Source: an uncultured bacterium (lineage in GTDB: Bacteria > Acidobacteriota > Thermoanaerobaculia > Multivoradales > J023). From it: 64,000 nucleotides of DNA. Below are positions 27,898 to 37,417 of the stretch, one piece after another; position 1 is the stretch's first letter, and every line of letters begins with the position of its first letter. The notes under the pieces are model-generated. The model saw nothing but the letters and a program-made list of their open reading frames with translations. It made no database searches and was not told the origin of the DNA. The DNA is taken from positions 33 through 64,032 of the forward strand of contig CALFAM010000329.1 of the NCBI GenBank assembly GCA_937948815.1. The letters are read 5' to 3'. The position numbers and the translations under genes were made by a program.

Positions 27898-29154
27898 ATG
27901 AGCGCGAGAACCCGCCGGCTTTGGGCCGCTGTGGTGCTCGCCGTATTCGTTGCGGCGTGCCGGTCTCCGCAAGGTACGCGGGCGCTGAATTCATCGGCCA
28001 AGGCTGACGCCACCATTACGATTTTGATCTCGCTCGACGGTTTCCGCTGGGACTATGTCGACTGGCCGGAGGCTGCGAACGTGCGTGCCCTGGCGGCACG
28101 GGGCGTGCGGGCGAAGGGTCTGATCCCTGCCTTCCCGAGCAAGACATTCCCGAGCCACTACACCACTGTGACTGGCCTTCACCCCGGCAACCACGGCATC
28201 ATCTCGAACAACATGCTCGATCCGACACTGGAAAGCCAGTTTCAGCTCGGTGATCGAGATGCTGTGGAAGATCCCCGGTGGTGGGGAGGTGAGCCGATTT
28301 GGGTCACCGCCGAGAAGGCTGGACTGATCAGTGCCGCCATGTTCTGGCCGGGAACCGAAACCGAGATTGCCGGCGTGCGCCCGACCTTTTGGCATCGCTG
28401 GGACGAGAGCTACGCCTACCGCGACCGTGTCGCTCAGGTGCTCGCCTGGCTCGATCTGCCTCCCGGCGAGCGGCCACGTCTGATCACGCTCTACTTTCAA
28501 GATCCCAACGACACGAGCCATGACCACGGCCCCGAAGCTGCCGAGACGCGGGCTGCGGTTCGGGAAGTCGACGACAGGTTGGGAGACCTGCTCGCCGGCA
28601 TCGCGGAGCGCGGCCTCGAGACACAGGTCAACATCGTGGTGACGTCGGATCACGGCATGGCCGCGGTGGGCCCCGAGCGGGTGGTCATCGTCGACGACTA
28701 TGTGCGTCTCGAAGAGGGCGAGCTCTTCGAGTCGGGAGCCTTCATGCAGATCGTTCCCGGCCCGGGTCGCGAAGCCATGCTGCTCGAGGCGCTGCGCGGC
28801 GCGCACCCGCGGCTCGCGGTCTATCGCAAGGACGAAGTGCCCGGCCGCTTCCACCTCGGCACCGGGCCGAGAGTGGCACCAATCATCGGTGTTCCGGACG
28901 TTGGCTGGCACGTCGCCACCCGCGACTGGCTCGCGCGCCACGGTGAGACGATGATCAAGGGCGACCACGGACAGGATCCCGCGGATCCGCGAATGCACGG
29001 CATCTTCATCGCCGCCGGCCCCGTGTTCCGCGATGGGGTCGTGGTCGAGCGTTTCGCGAGCGTGGAGGTCTACAACGCGCTGGCTCGGACCCTGGACCTG
29101 GTGCCCGCGCCGAACGACGGCACGCCCGGTGCCCTCGACCACCTATTCGACTAG
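27898..29154 (+). CDS. Ectonucleotide pyrophosphatase/phosphodiesterase (alkaline-phosphatase superfamily), probable lipoprotein
   Basis: MSARTRRLWAAVVLAVFVAAC lipobox-like start. LISLDGFRWDY...FPSKTFPSHYTTVTGLHPGNHGII, and a TSDHGM metal site. Confidence 0.9.
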   Translation: MSARTRRLWAAVVLAVFVAACRSPQGTRALNSSAKADATITILISLDGFRWDYVDWPEAANVRALAARGVRAKGLIPAFPSKTFPSHYTTVTGLHPGNHGIISNNMLDPTLESQFQLGDRDAVEDPRWWGGEPIWVTAEKAGLISAAMFWPGTETEIAGVRPTFWHRWDESYAYRDRVAQVLAWLDLPPGERPRLITLYFQDPNDTSHDHGPEAAETRAAVREVDDRLGDLLAGIAERGLETQVNIVVTSDHGMAAVGPERVVIVDDYVRLEEGELFESGAFMQIVPGPGREAMLLEALRGAHPRLAVYRKDEVPGRFHLGTGPRVAPIIGVPDVGWHVATRDWLARHGETMIKGDHGQDPADPRMHGIFIAAGPVFRDGVVVERFASVEVYNALARTLDLVPAPNDGTPGALDHLFD

Positions 29155-30389
29155 CTGCCCTGACGCGGCGCGTCGCGTAGCGCCTTGGTCAGAGGCGCGG
29201 GAAAGCGCGGCATGACCCGCTCGTCGCCGAGTGCCCGTTCGAGGGCTTCGGCCGCCTCGCGAACAAATACTTCCGCTTCCGGGCAGGGTGCCAGGAGCCG
29301 CCAGGCGATACTGCCGTCGTGGCGCTGTGTCCAGCCTCCGATCACCCGCCCGTGCCACCAGACCGTCGGTCCGGCGTTGCCATTGCGATCGAAGAGCTGG
29401 CTCGTCCACGAGGGCTCGAGAAAGCGCTCTCGCTGTTTGTAGCCCATGATCGTCGGGTCCAAGCCGGGGAGCAGGGCCACCCCCGGAGGTGTCTCGGCCA
29501 TCGGGCTGCGGATGGTGTCGAGGTCCGCGTCGAGCACGAGCTGAGGCGAGGGCCAAGAGCCCACGTACACCTCGCGGACGGCGTGTCCGAGCTGCTCCAA
29601 CGCCTTGCGGACCATCCCTTTGGGCAGGCCGGTCCACCAGACGATGTCCTCGAAGCTGGCTGGGCCAAAGGCGGCCAGGTAGTGGTGGACCAGGTCCTGC
29701 CGTGCGACTTCCGGTGGCGATATGGGCGCCAGGTCCGGTAGCCAGCTCGTGACGGTGGCCCAGTTGTACTTGCCACTCCGCCAGCTACCCTGCTGGTGTG
29801 CGCGCACGGTCGCACCCTCGATTCCCAGCCCACCCATGAGATGGCCGCCGATCACCACGCGGGCCCCGTAGGGCTTGTCCGGCTTGTAGAGGAACGAAGC
29901 GCCGAGGGCGGGCACGGTGGACGCGAGCTCGGTGGCGGTGGCGGGGCCGTCGGTCAGCGCGGCGACGACGGCTTCGCGGGTCTGCTCGAGGACGCTCTCC
30001 GCATCCGGCTCGCGCGCCAGCCCTGCAGAGACCAGGAACCGCGCCTGGTCGATGCGCGCCTTGCGTGCGAGTCGCTCGCGGTAGATCGAGAGCACCGTCG
30101 GAATCGTCGCGGTGGGCAGGACATGCAGCGTACGTCGCATGCAGAGCCAGCGCACCAGGCTCCGATCCGTCTCGAGCGCGCAAGTCATCACCCGTGCGGT
30201 CTCGTCCAGGCTCGCGTGTCCGCATCGGATGTGTGCGGAGAGGTGGACGGTGGCCGGGTCGGTGGCATGGAGCGCGACCAATCGCGAGACCAATGCAACA
30301 GGATCGCTCGCGGCGGGGGTTGGCGGCAGGTGGTGCCGCTCGGCAATGCGGCGCAGCGTCTGCTCGGGGTCGAGGGCGGTGAGGCTCAC
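29151..30389 (-). CDS. Winged-helix DUF1006 / YcaQ-AlkZ family protein
   Basis: GTG 30389 forms a GTGA overlap with the kinase stop. Family blocks LVRWLCMRRTLHVLP and HYLAAFGPASFEDIVWWTGL. The stop overlaps the convergent gene stop (CTAG at 29151-29154). Confidence 0.75.
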   Translation of the reverse strand: MSLTALDPEQTLRRIAERHHLPPTPAASDPVALVSRLVALHATDPATVHLSAHIRCGHASLDETARVMTCALETDRSLVRWLCMRRTLHVLPTATIPTVLSIYRERLARKARIDQARFLVSAGLAREPDAESVLEQTREAVVAALTDGPATATELASTVPALGASFLYKPDKPYGARVVIGGHLMGGLGIEGATVRAHQQGSWRSGKYNWATVTSWLPDLAPISPPEVARQDLVHHYLAAFGPASFEDIVWWTGLPKGMVRKALEQLGHAVREVYVGSWPSPQLVLDADLDTIRSPMAETPPGVALLPGLDPTIMGYKQRERFLEPSWTSQLFDRNGNAGPTVWWHGRVIGGWTQRHDGSIAWRLLAPCPEAEVFVREAAEALERALGDERVMPRFPAPLTKALRDAPRQGS

Positions 30390-33376
30390 GGTCGAAGCTC
30401 GGCGATCTGCTGGTAGCGGTCGCGCTCCGCTGTGTCGTTCCAGGCCCGATAGACCTCGCTCATCCGCACGGCGGCCTCGCGCACCAGGCTGGCGCGCACG
30501 CGATCCCGCTCGGCGATCTGGTCGAAGCCGTCGGCGAGGCGTGCCTCCCACTGTCCACGCACACCCCGCTGGGCGCGAATCGCCGTTTGGATGTGGTCGG
30601 CACGGCGCACGTCCCAATGATCGGCCGGGAGGGACGCATGCAGCACCTCGAGCGCGGCGTCGATGGTCTCTGCGGCTTCGTCCAGGCGGTCGAGCGAGCG
30701 CAGGGTGTCGGCGTGCGCAGCGCGGGCGTTGGCCACATCCGGGTGCGTGGGGCCAAAGCTGTCTTGGTAGAGGGTCGCCGCCTCGGCGAGGAGCTTCGCT
30801 GCGAGCTCGCGTTCACCTTGCATGCGGTGCATGCGAGCCAGGCTCACCTTGCTCTCGGCAACCGCGGGGGCGGCACGACCGAGGGCTTCCGTTCGGTTGG
30901 CGAGGCTGCGCTCGAGGAGCGCGCGGGCCCCTTCCAGGTCGCCACGATCGAGCAGGATGGCGCCGCGGACCGACAGCACTGCGGTGATCCACACATGATC
31001 TTCGTCAACCCGTGTGCGTAGCACCGCGAGTGCCTCGTCCGAGGATGCCAAGGCGTCGTCCAGTCGACCTTGGAGGCGCAGCAGACGGGCCATGTTGTGG
31101 CGGGTCAGCCCGATGTTGGGGTGATTCTCCGGGACGCTCTCGACGAAGATCTCGAGCGCTTTGCGCATGCTGGCCTCCGCCTCGTCCAGCCGGCCCAGCA
31201 CCATGGCTAGCCGCCCGAGGTTGCCATAGATCATCGCCACGAAGGGATGACGCTCACCGTGGATCTTTCGAAAAACGCGCAGGGCTTCGCGATACGACGC
31301 CGCGGCGCCTTCGAAGTCGGCCTGGGCGCGCAGCACGGCTCCCAGGTTGTTGTAGGTAGCCCCGGTTTCGACCGTGTCGCCCAACCTCGGTACGAAGATG
31401 CTCAAGGCTTCGCGGAGTGCCTGCTCGGCATCGTCGTAGCTGTTCTTGTTGCGCAGAATCTCCCCGAGCGTGTTGAGGCTGCTGGCTACCTCCAGGCTCG
31501 AAGGGCTGTGCTGTCGAATCCGCGCCAGCGCTTGCCGGGTGAGCGCCTCGGCCTCGTCCATGTCGCCGCGCATGGAAACGATCGAAGCGAGGTCCGAGAA
31601 GGCGTTGGCCTGTTCGGCATGGTTGCTGGGCGGGTAGACGTCCAAGGCTCGCCGGAGAGACGACTCAGCGGCTTCCAGATCGCCGGTCTCGCGCAGAACC
31701 AGCGCCTGCTGATGCAAAGCTTTGGCGAGGGTGTCGGCGTGATTCTCCTCGTGTGGCGTCAGCAGCGCGATGGCGTCGCGCAGGTGAGCTGCTGCCTGCT
31801 CGGTATCACCGAGCAGGAGGTGGGCAATGCCGAGGTCGCCGAGGGTGGCGCCGACCTCCGGATGGTCGACGCCGAGCTCTTGGCGGCGCAAGGCGAGGGT
31901 GCGATCGAACAACGCCTTCGCCTCGGGATACGAGCCGAGATGTTTGTAGACCGTCGCCAGCGTGTCGTAGAGGCGGGCCTGGGTGTCAGGTTGATCGGCG
32001 AGATCGATTTCGATGCGTTCGCGTTGCGCATCGATCAGATCCTTGACGGGAATACGCTGATCCGGTTCGTTGCGCGGATCCTGGCTCTTGAAGATACCTT
32101 CGAGGAACGCGACCGCTTCTTCGGCGCGCTGCTGCTCCTGAAGGGCGAGGTTGCGCTCATTGCCGAGCCGATGTGCCTGCACGGAGGCGTTGAAGGCGAA
32201 CGCGGTCATCGAGGCCGCGAGCAAGCCGGCGAGGGCCACCGGCACACGGTTGCGGGCCGTGAACTTGCTCGCGCGATAGCCCCAGGTGTTGGGACGCGCC
32301 CGCACCGGCTGGCCCGAGAGATAGCGGCCGATGTCGTCCGACAGGGCTTCCACCGAGGGATAGCGCTGCTCGGGCTCGCTGACCAACGCCTCGAGGGTGA
32401 TCCGGTCGAGATCGCCGATCAGCAGCCGGCGCCGAATGGGGAACGCGGTCTCGGGAAGCGGCGTCTCGCTCGGCAGCCGCGGCGGTCGCGTATCGAGCAG
32501 CCGTTCGATCTCGGCCGGGCTCTTGCCCGTCAGGTCGAAGGGCTTGCTGCCGGTCAGCAGCTCGTAGAGCAAGACACCCAGCGAGTAGATGTCGCTGGCG
32601 ATGGTAATGGTGCGCCCTGCGATTTGCTCCGGGCTGGCGTAGCCCGGCGTCAGCGCGCGGTACAGCGTCTGGGTCGGTGTACCTTCGGCGCCTTCCTGGA
32701 GCAGCTTGGCGAGCCCGAAGTCGAGCAGCTTGGGCTCGCCTTCCTCGTTGACCAGGATGTTCGCCGGCTTGAGGTCACGGTGGACGACCAGGTGGCGATG
32801 GGCGTAGTGTACGCCCGCGCAGACCTTGCGGTAGAGCTTTAGGGTAGCCCGGAGGCCGAGCTGCTGCTGCTGGCAGTGTGCGGTGATCGGCATGCCGCGG
32901 ACCAGCTCCATGACCACGTAGGGCACGCCTTCGTCGCTGGTGCCGCCATCGTAGAGGCGAGCGATGTTGGGGTGGTCGAGCTGCGCGAGGATCTGCCGCT
33001 CGCTGAGCAGCCGACGCTCGAGATTGGGATGCGACAGGCCCTGGAGAAGCTTGACGGCGACCTCGCGCTCGAATTCGTCGTCCGCGCGCTCGGCACGGTA
33101 GACGAAGCTCATTCCACCGATCCCGATGCGTTCGCGCAAACGGTAGGGCCCGAGGTGCTTGCCTTGCCACGGATCGTCTTCGGCGGCCTGGGCCTCGAAG
33201 ATGGGACGGTCGAGGAACGAGTCGTCTCTCGCGCTCGTCAGCAGGCGCTCGAGCTGACTGCGCAGTTTCGGGTCCTCGCGCTCGATTTCGGCCAGAAAGC
33301 CGGGTAGCTCGTCCGCCGACTGTTGAGACGCACGATCCCAGAGGCTTGCCAGGCGCTGCCAGTCTTGAGGTTGCAC
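30386..33376 (-). CDS. Ser/Thr protein kinase with TM segment and a long TPR repeat domain
   Basis: Hanks kinase motifs GIGGMSFVY, VAVKLL, HRDLKPANIL, DFGLAK, YASPE. A TM follows at about aa 385, then many TPR-like repeats. Confidence 0.9.
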   Translation of the reverse strand: MQPQDWQRLASLWDRASQQSADELPGFLAEIEREDPKLRSQLERLLTSARDDSFLDRPIFEAQAAEDDPWQGKHLGPYRLRERIGIGGMSFVYRAERADDEFEREVAVKLLQGLSHPNLERRLLSERQILAQLDHPNIARLYDGGTSDEGVPYVVMELVRGMPITAHCQQQQLGLRATLKLYRKVCAGVHYAHRHLVVHRDLKPANILVNEEGEPKLLDFGLAKLLQEGAEGTPTQTLYRALTPGYASPEQIAGRTITIASDIYSLGVLLYELLTGSKPFDLTGKSPAEIERLLDTRPPRLPSETPLPETAFPIRRRLLIGDLDRITLEALVSEPEQRYPSVEALSDDIGRYLSGQPVRARPNTWGYRASKFTARNRVPVALAGLLAASMTAFAFNASVQAHRLGNERNLALQEQQRAEEAVAFLEGIFKSQDPRNEPDQRIPVKDLIDAQRERIEIDLADQPDTQARLYDTLATVYKHLGSYPEAKALFDRTLALRRQELGVDHPEVGATLGDLGIAHLLLGDTEQAAAHLRDAIALLTPHEENHADTLAKALHQQALVLRETGDLEAAESSLRRALDVYPPSNHAEQANAFSDLASIVSMRGDMDEAEALTRQALARIRQHSPSSLEVASSLNTLGEILRNKNSYDDAEQALREALSIFVPRLGDTVETGATYNNLGAVLRAQADFEGAAASYREALRVFRKIHGERHPFVAMIYGNLGRLAMVLGRLDEAEASMRKALEIFVESVPENHPNIGLTRHNMARLLRLQGRLDDALASSDEALAVLRTRVDEDHVWITAVLSVRGAILLDRGDLEGARALLERSLANRTEALGRAAPAVAESKVSLARMHRMQGERELAAKLLAEAATLYQDSFGPTHPDVANARAAHADTLRSLDRLDEAAETIDAALEVLHASLPADHWDVRRADHIQTAIRAQRGVRGQWEARLADGFDQIAERDRVRASLVREAAVRMSEVYRAWNDTAERDRYQQIAELRP

Positions 33377-33430
33377 GGCTCCTCCTGCTCTCTTGGTGCC
33401 CGTTCGCCCGTCCGCGTGCTCCCGCGTTCG

Positions 33431-34003
33431 CTAGCGAAGCTCGTCGCGTAGCCAGGCGCGTGCCATCTGCCATCGGCGCGACACCGTTGCCTCGCCGACA
33501 CCGACCACACGTGCGATCTCTGGGATGGTCAGTCCGCCGAAGAAGCGAAGCTCGACCGCGCGCGCGGCGACCGCGTCGACCTTGGCCAGCCGCTTCAGTG
33601 CCTCATCGAGCGCCAGCAGGTCGATGCCGCCGCCAGCCGCGCTCAGCTTCTCGGGATCAGCGGTCAAGCGGAAGAAGGCGCCACCCCGTTTCAGCGAGCT
33701 CTTCTGACGGTAGCGGTCGACCAACACCTGGCGTGCGATGCGCGCAGCGAGGGCGTAGAACTGCAAGCGACTCGACCATCGAAGGTGTCGATTGGCGGCA
33801 AACCGGAGGTAGGTCTCGTGAACCAGCTCGGTCGGCTGAATCGTGTCTTGGTGCGAGGCGAATAGCTGGCGCGCTGCGATCTTACGCAACTCGGGATAGA
33901 CCAAGTCGAACAAGCTATCTCCCGCATCCCGATCGCCCTGCTCCCAGCTTTGCAGCAGGCGCGTGACATCGGCCCCGGGAACGGACTCCCCAGTCTCGCG
34001 CAT
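33431..34003 (-). CDS. ECF sigma factor of the kinase-associated type (DVTRLL..W..GD N-terminus)
   Basis: DVTRLLQSWEQGDRDAGDSLFDLVYPELRKIAARQL, a region 2 helix, and the region 4 HTH EIARVVGVGEATVSRRWQMARAWL. Confidence 0.9.
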   Translation of the reverse strand: MRETGESVPGADVTRLLQSWEQGDRDAGDSLFDLVYPELRKIAARQLFASHQDTIQPTELVHETYLRFAANRHLRWSSRLQFYALAARIARQVLVDRYRQKSSLKRGGAFFRLTADPEKLSAAGGGIDLLALDEALKRLAKVDAVAARAVELRFFGGLTIPEIARVVGVGEATVSRRWQMARAWLRDELR

Positions 34004-34137
34004 CGTGTCCCTAGCGTACCGCAGTCCCCCTGCGGGCTCGGAGCAGCACGGGCGACAATGCGCTGTGTGCGGTTGCCAGCCGAGCCACTCGCGGTGTCAG
34101 CCGGCAGCCCGACGGTGCGGCAGGCGGCTGTGGGTCG

Positions 34138-36810
34138 TCAGCCGTGGCGGGCCCGAAGCAGGGCGATGACCTGGCGAATCGACAGCGGCGCCAAGCCCTT
34201 CTTTCGATTTTGATCGCCGATGGCAAATGCTAGACGCCACTGCGCGAAGAGGATCTTGTAGGCGGCGAAGAGGCTGTTGTCGGGATCGTAGATGTTGGTG
34301 GCTTCGGAGGAAACACCATTGAGCTCGAGCACGCTGAGGTTACGCCCGGCGTGGAAGTCTTCCAGGCTCGGTGCGCGGAGGTCGAAGCGGCCGAAGTAGA
34401 AGCCGTCGAGGCTCTGGCTGATGCGCTCGACCTCGGCCTCGAGCGCCGCGGTACGGTGGGCCTCGCCATCCAGGAAGACGGCGCCGAGGCGATGGGTCCC
34501 GATCTCGACCAGGCGCACGATTTCGCCAGCCGCGGGCACTTCGTCGATCCGAGCAGCGAGGCCGGCGAGGTAGGTCGATGCCATGGCCACTGCGCGCGGG
34601 TCGGCCAGAATCAGGCGCTCGATCGTCGACCGGCCGTCGCCGACCACCTCGGGGAGCTGTTTGTCGGTGATGGCGAAGATCCGCCCCTTCTCTTCCTCGG
34701 GCAGCCGGACGTAGAAGACACCCAACTCGGGGCCTTCGACATAGGCCTGCACGATCGCCGCGCCACGCGTCTGGCGGCAGAAGGATTCGATGTCCTCGTG
34801 CGTGCATGCCTTCACCACGCCCGTGCCGCGCTCGCCGACATTGGGTTTCAGGATGATCGGGAAACGGAGGTCGTGCTCGCGCATGAAGGCGTCGACCATG
34901 TCGATCCGGGCGCCGACTGTCGCATCCGCGGGTAGCACCCGAAAGGGCGGCACCCACTGCTTGCCGAGATGGCCGAGGATCGTCGACTTCGACTCGCCCA
35001 CCAGGCCACCACCGGCAGGCAGACCTGGATTGGCGAGGGTGAAGAGGGTTGCGCTCCGGTAGCGCAGGGCGAGCCACGCGATGTAGGCAACCACCGGCGG
35101 ATAGAGACGCCAAATGGGCCAGAACTCCCAGTGGATTTGACGTCGCCACCAGCCGAGGAGCTGGCGTCGACCGCCATAGGTGAGCAGGCGCTGGCCAACA
35201 CCGATGACCAGCCAGATGGTCACCAGGATGCCGACGAATCCGAGCACGGCGTACTGCTCGAATCGCTCGAAGAACGCCAAGAACTGGTCACCCAGCCGCC
35301 GTGAGATCTCGACCACCAGAGGGGTCCAGATGGCGACTGGCAAAAGTAGCCAGAGCGCGTAGACCCGCACGGGCATCCGCACCAGGCCGGCCGACACGTA
35401 GGTGGGAAGCCGGAGACCGGGAATGAACCGGCTGGCGAAGATCACCGCCGGACCCCGCTTGGCGAACCAGCGCTGGCTGCGTGCCAGTGCAGCCGCGCTC
35501 ACCAGGTACTTGAGCGGAGCCCGACTGAGGCTCTTGTGACCGAGTCGGCCGGCTCCATAGAGCAGCATGTCGCCGATGAAGATGCCGCTGGCGCAAGCCA
35601 TGGCCGCGGGTACGAAGCCGATGTTGCCGCGGGCGACGAGAAGGCCGGCAGTGATGCAGGTCAAATCCTCACTGGCCATGGTGGCGAGGGCGAGAAGTAC
35701 GAGGATGACCAGGAGCGTGACGCCTTGGGCGCGAAAGGACGCGAGCACTCGAGGCGCCGCGGCAAGAGCTTGCCGCTCCGGTGTGCTTGCGGCGCGGGCG
35801 ATCGCGGTGCCGGAGACGACCCGTGACACGAACGCCTCGATCGGCGCGGCGAGGGCCTGCGGCTGGCGAAAGACCATGAAATGGTTGGCATCGAAGGTGA
35901 TCAGCTCGCTCTGCGGCACCAGGCGATGGCTCTCTTGCGCCGCCGCGAAGGGCACCAGCATGTCGTGCTCACCATGGACGATCAGGGTCGGCTGGGCCAG
36001 CCGTTCGAGGATCGGTGTCAGCGGACGCTGGTCGGTATCGTAGAAGTTGCGGGCGTAGGGGATATCGAGGGGGAACCCATCGAGCTTGCCGAAGTGTGGG
36101 AGGGCCTGATGGAGCACCGTGATGCCAGCGAGCTGGATACCGTGCAGCGCGTGATTGACGTGGTAGTTGCCCAGCAACTCCAGCTCCTGGACGCCGATCG
36201 AAGAAAGCAGCACCAGCGAGCGAACGCGCTCGGGAAGGCGGTCTGCGAGGTGCAAGGCGACACCGCCTCCCATGCTGAAGCCAACCACGTGTACCGCGTC
36301 GATTCCGAGCAGGTCGAGGAGGGCTGTGGCGTAGGCGGCGTGGGCCTCGATCGAGTAGCTGGCGACCCGACGCGTCGATCCACCGAACCCGGGAAGATCC
36401 GGGGCGATGACGTCGTAGCGCTCCGCGAGCCGTGCACCGAGGGCCTGGAAGTCGTCGGCCGATCCTGGGCTGCCGTGAAGCAGCAGGATGGTCGGCCGAG
36501 GGGTCTCAGCCTGCCAGGCACGGTAGGCCATTCGGGTGGTCCCGCGCGTGCCCGCGGTCGGTGCGACGTCCTCGGAGCCTGTGCCGGTGAGCGAAGCGGG
36601 CAAATCGAGGAAGGCACGGTCAGCCGGCAGCGCCTCGGGTGCCCGCAAACGCACGAAGTGCGAGCTGGCCAGTGCGATGCCGTAGAGCGCGAGGGCGACC
36701 CATAGCCAGCGCTTCCGTTTTGGAGATGGCGAGTGGTCAGGAGCGCGGGTCTCGGGAGCTTGCGAGGCGGTGCGCTTCGCTTCCAGGTCGGGATTCAGAT
36801 CAGCTCGCAC
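34138..36810 (-). CDS. Tri-domain fusion: TM-anchored alpha/beta-hydrolase + DedA/VTT membrane domain + C-terminal ATP-grasp ligase
   Basis: Uninterrupted 890-aa ORF. KRKR-TM anchor. Hydrolase motifs LLLHGSPGS, GFSMGG, HGEHD, ANHF. Multi-TM DedA-like region (GDMLLYGAGRLG, FASRFIPGLRLPTYVSAG). ATP-grasp-like C-terminus (ILKPNVGERGTGV, VQAYVEG, VVGDGRSTIERLI, VLELNGVSSEATNIYD). Confidence 0.85.
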   Translation of the reverse strand: MRADLNPDLEAKRTASQAPETRAPDHSPSPKRKRWLWVALALYGIALASSHFVRLRAPEALPADRAFLDLPASLTGTGSEDVAPTAGTRGTTRMAYRAWQAETPRPTILLLHGSPGSADDFQALGARLAERYDVIAPDLPGFGGSTRRVASYSIEAHAAYATALLDLLGIDAVHVVGFSMGGGVALHLADRLPERVRSLVLLSSIGVQELELLGNYHVNHALHGIQLAGITVLHQALPHFGKLDGFPLDIPYARNFYDTDQRPLTPILERLAQPTLIVHGEHDMLVPFAAAQESHRLVPQSELITFDANHFMVFRQPQALAAPIEAFVSRVVSGTAIARAASTPERQALAAAPRVLASFRAQGVTLLVILVLLALATMASEDLTCITAGLLVARGNIGFVPAAMACASGIFIGDMLLYGAGRLGHKSLSRAPLKYLVSAAALARSQRWFAKRGPAVIFASRFIPGLRLPTYVSAGLVRMPVRVYALWLLLPVAIWTPLVVEISRRLGDQFLAFFERFEQYAVLGFVGILVTIWLVIGVGQRLLTYGGRRQLLGWWRRQIHWEFWPIWRLYPPVVAYIAWLALRYRSATLFTLANPGLPAGGGLVGESKSTILGHLGKQWVPPFRVLPADATVGARIDMVDAFMREHDLRFPIILKPNVGERGTGVVKACTHEDIESFCRQTRGAAIVQAYVEGPELGVFYVRLPEEEKGRIFAITDKQLPEVVGDGRSTIERLILADPRAVAMASTYLAGLAARIDEVPAAGEIVRLVEIGTHRLGAVFLDGEAHRTAALEAEVERISQSLDGFYFGRFDLRAPSLEDFHAGRNLSVLELNGVSSEATNIYDPDNSLFAAYKILFAQWRLAFAIGDQNRKKGLAPLSIRQVIALLRARHG

Positions 36811-37417
36811 ATACGGTCTCGTTCAGCTCGGCGGTCTCGGCCATCTCGGCGTCGCGCTCCGCCTGGGCGCGGTGCGCGGAGGTCGACGGCGCAACGCCGA
36901 AGCCCGCGGGCGGCTCGACACCCCGGTAGCGCATCAGCAGTCCGATCAGCGCATAGTGGTGGACCGTGTGGCTGAGCAAGACCTGTAGCTCGCGCCCGAT
37001 CGACGAAGCAGCCCAACCGTCCGTCGGTGACGCCCAGACCACACCTTCTGCGTGCACGGTCACGGCATTCCCGGCGTCCGCAATATCGATCCGGCCGAGT
37101 TGCTCGATGACTTCGAGCAGCGCGGCTTCGGCAGCCTCACGATCGGTCTCGAGGCGCGGGTCTCGGTCGCGCGCGTCGTAGTCGATCCGCCCTTCGCCGA
37201 GGCCGCGAAGGAAGTTGCGGAAGAAGTCGATCGTGTGGCGCAAGTGGGCGCCAATGCTTCCGATTCCGGTCGAAACCTGGGCGGTGTAGGCGTCGTCGTC
37301 GAGGGCGCGCACCAGGTCGAGGCCCTGATCGAGCACGGCAATGGTGTGAGCGGTGATGGTCAAACCGAAAATCTCCTGGCGATCGGCGCCCTGCGAACGC
37401 GCTTGACGACGCGTCAT
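36800..37417 (-). CDS. DinB-family (four-helix-bundle metalloprotein) protein
   Basis: ATG 37417 forms an ATGA overlap with the GNAT stop. His-triad context IGAHLRHTIDF ... LSHTVHHYALI. The 3' end overlaps the next start by 11 nt. Confidence 0.7.
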   Translation of the reverse strand: MTRRQARSQGADRQEIFGLTITAHTIAVLDQGLDLVRALDDDAYTAQVSTGIGSIGAHLRHTIDFFRNFLRGLGEGRIDYDARDRDPRLETDREAAEAALLEVIEQLGRIDIADAGNAVTVHAEGVVWASPTDGWAASSIGRELQVLLSHTVHHYALIGLLMRYRGVEPPAGFGVAPSTSAHRAQAERDAEMAETAELNETVCAS

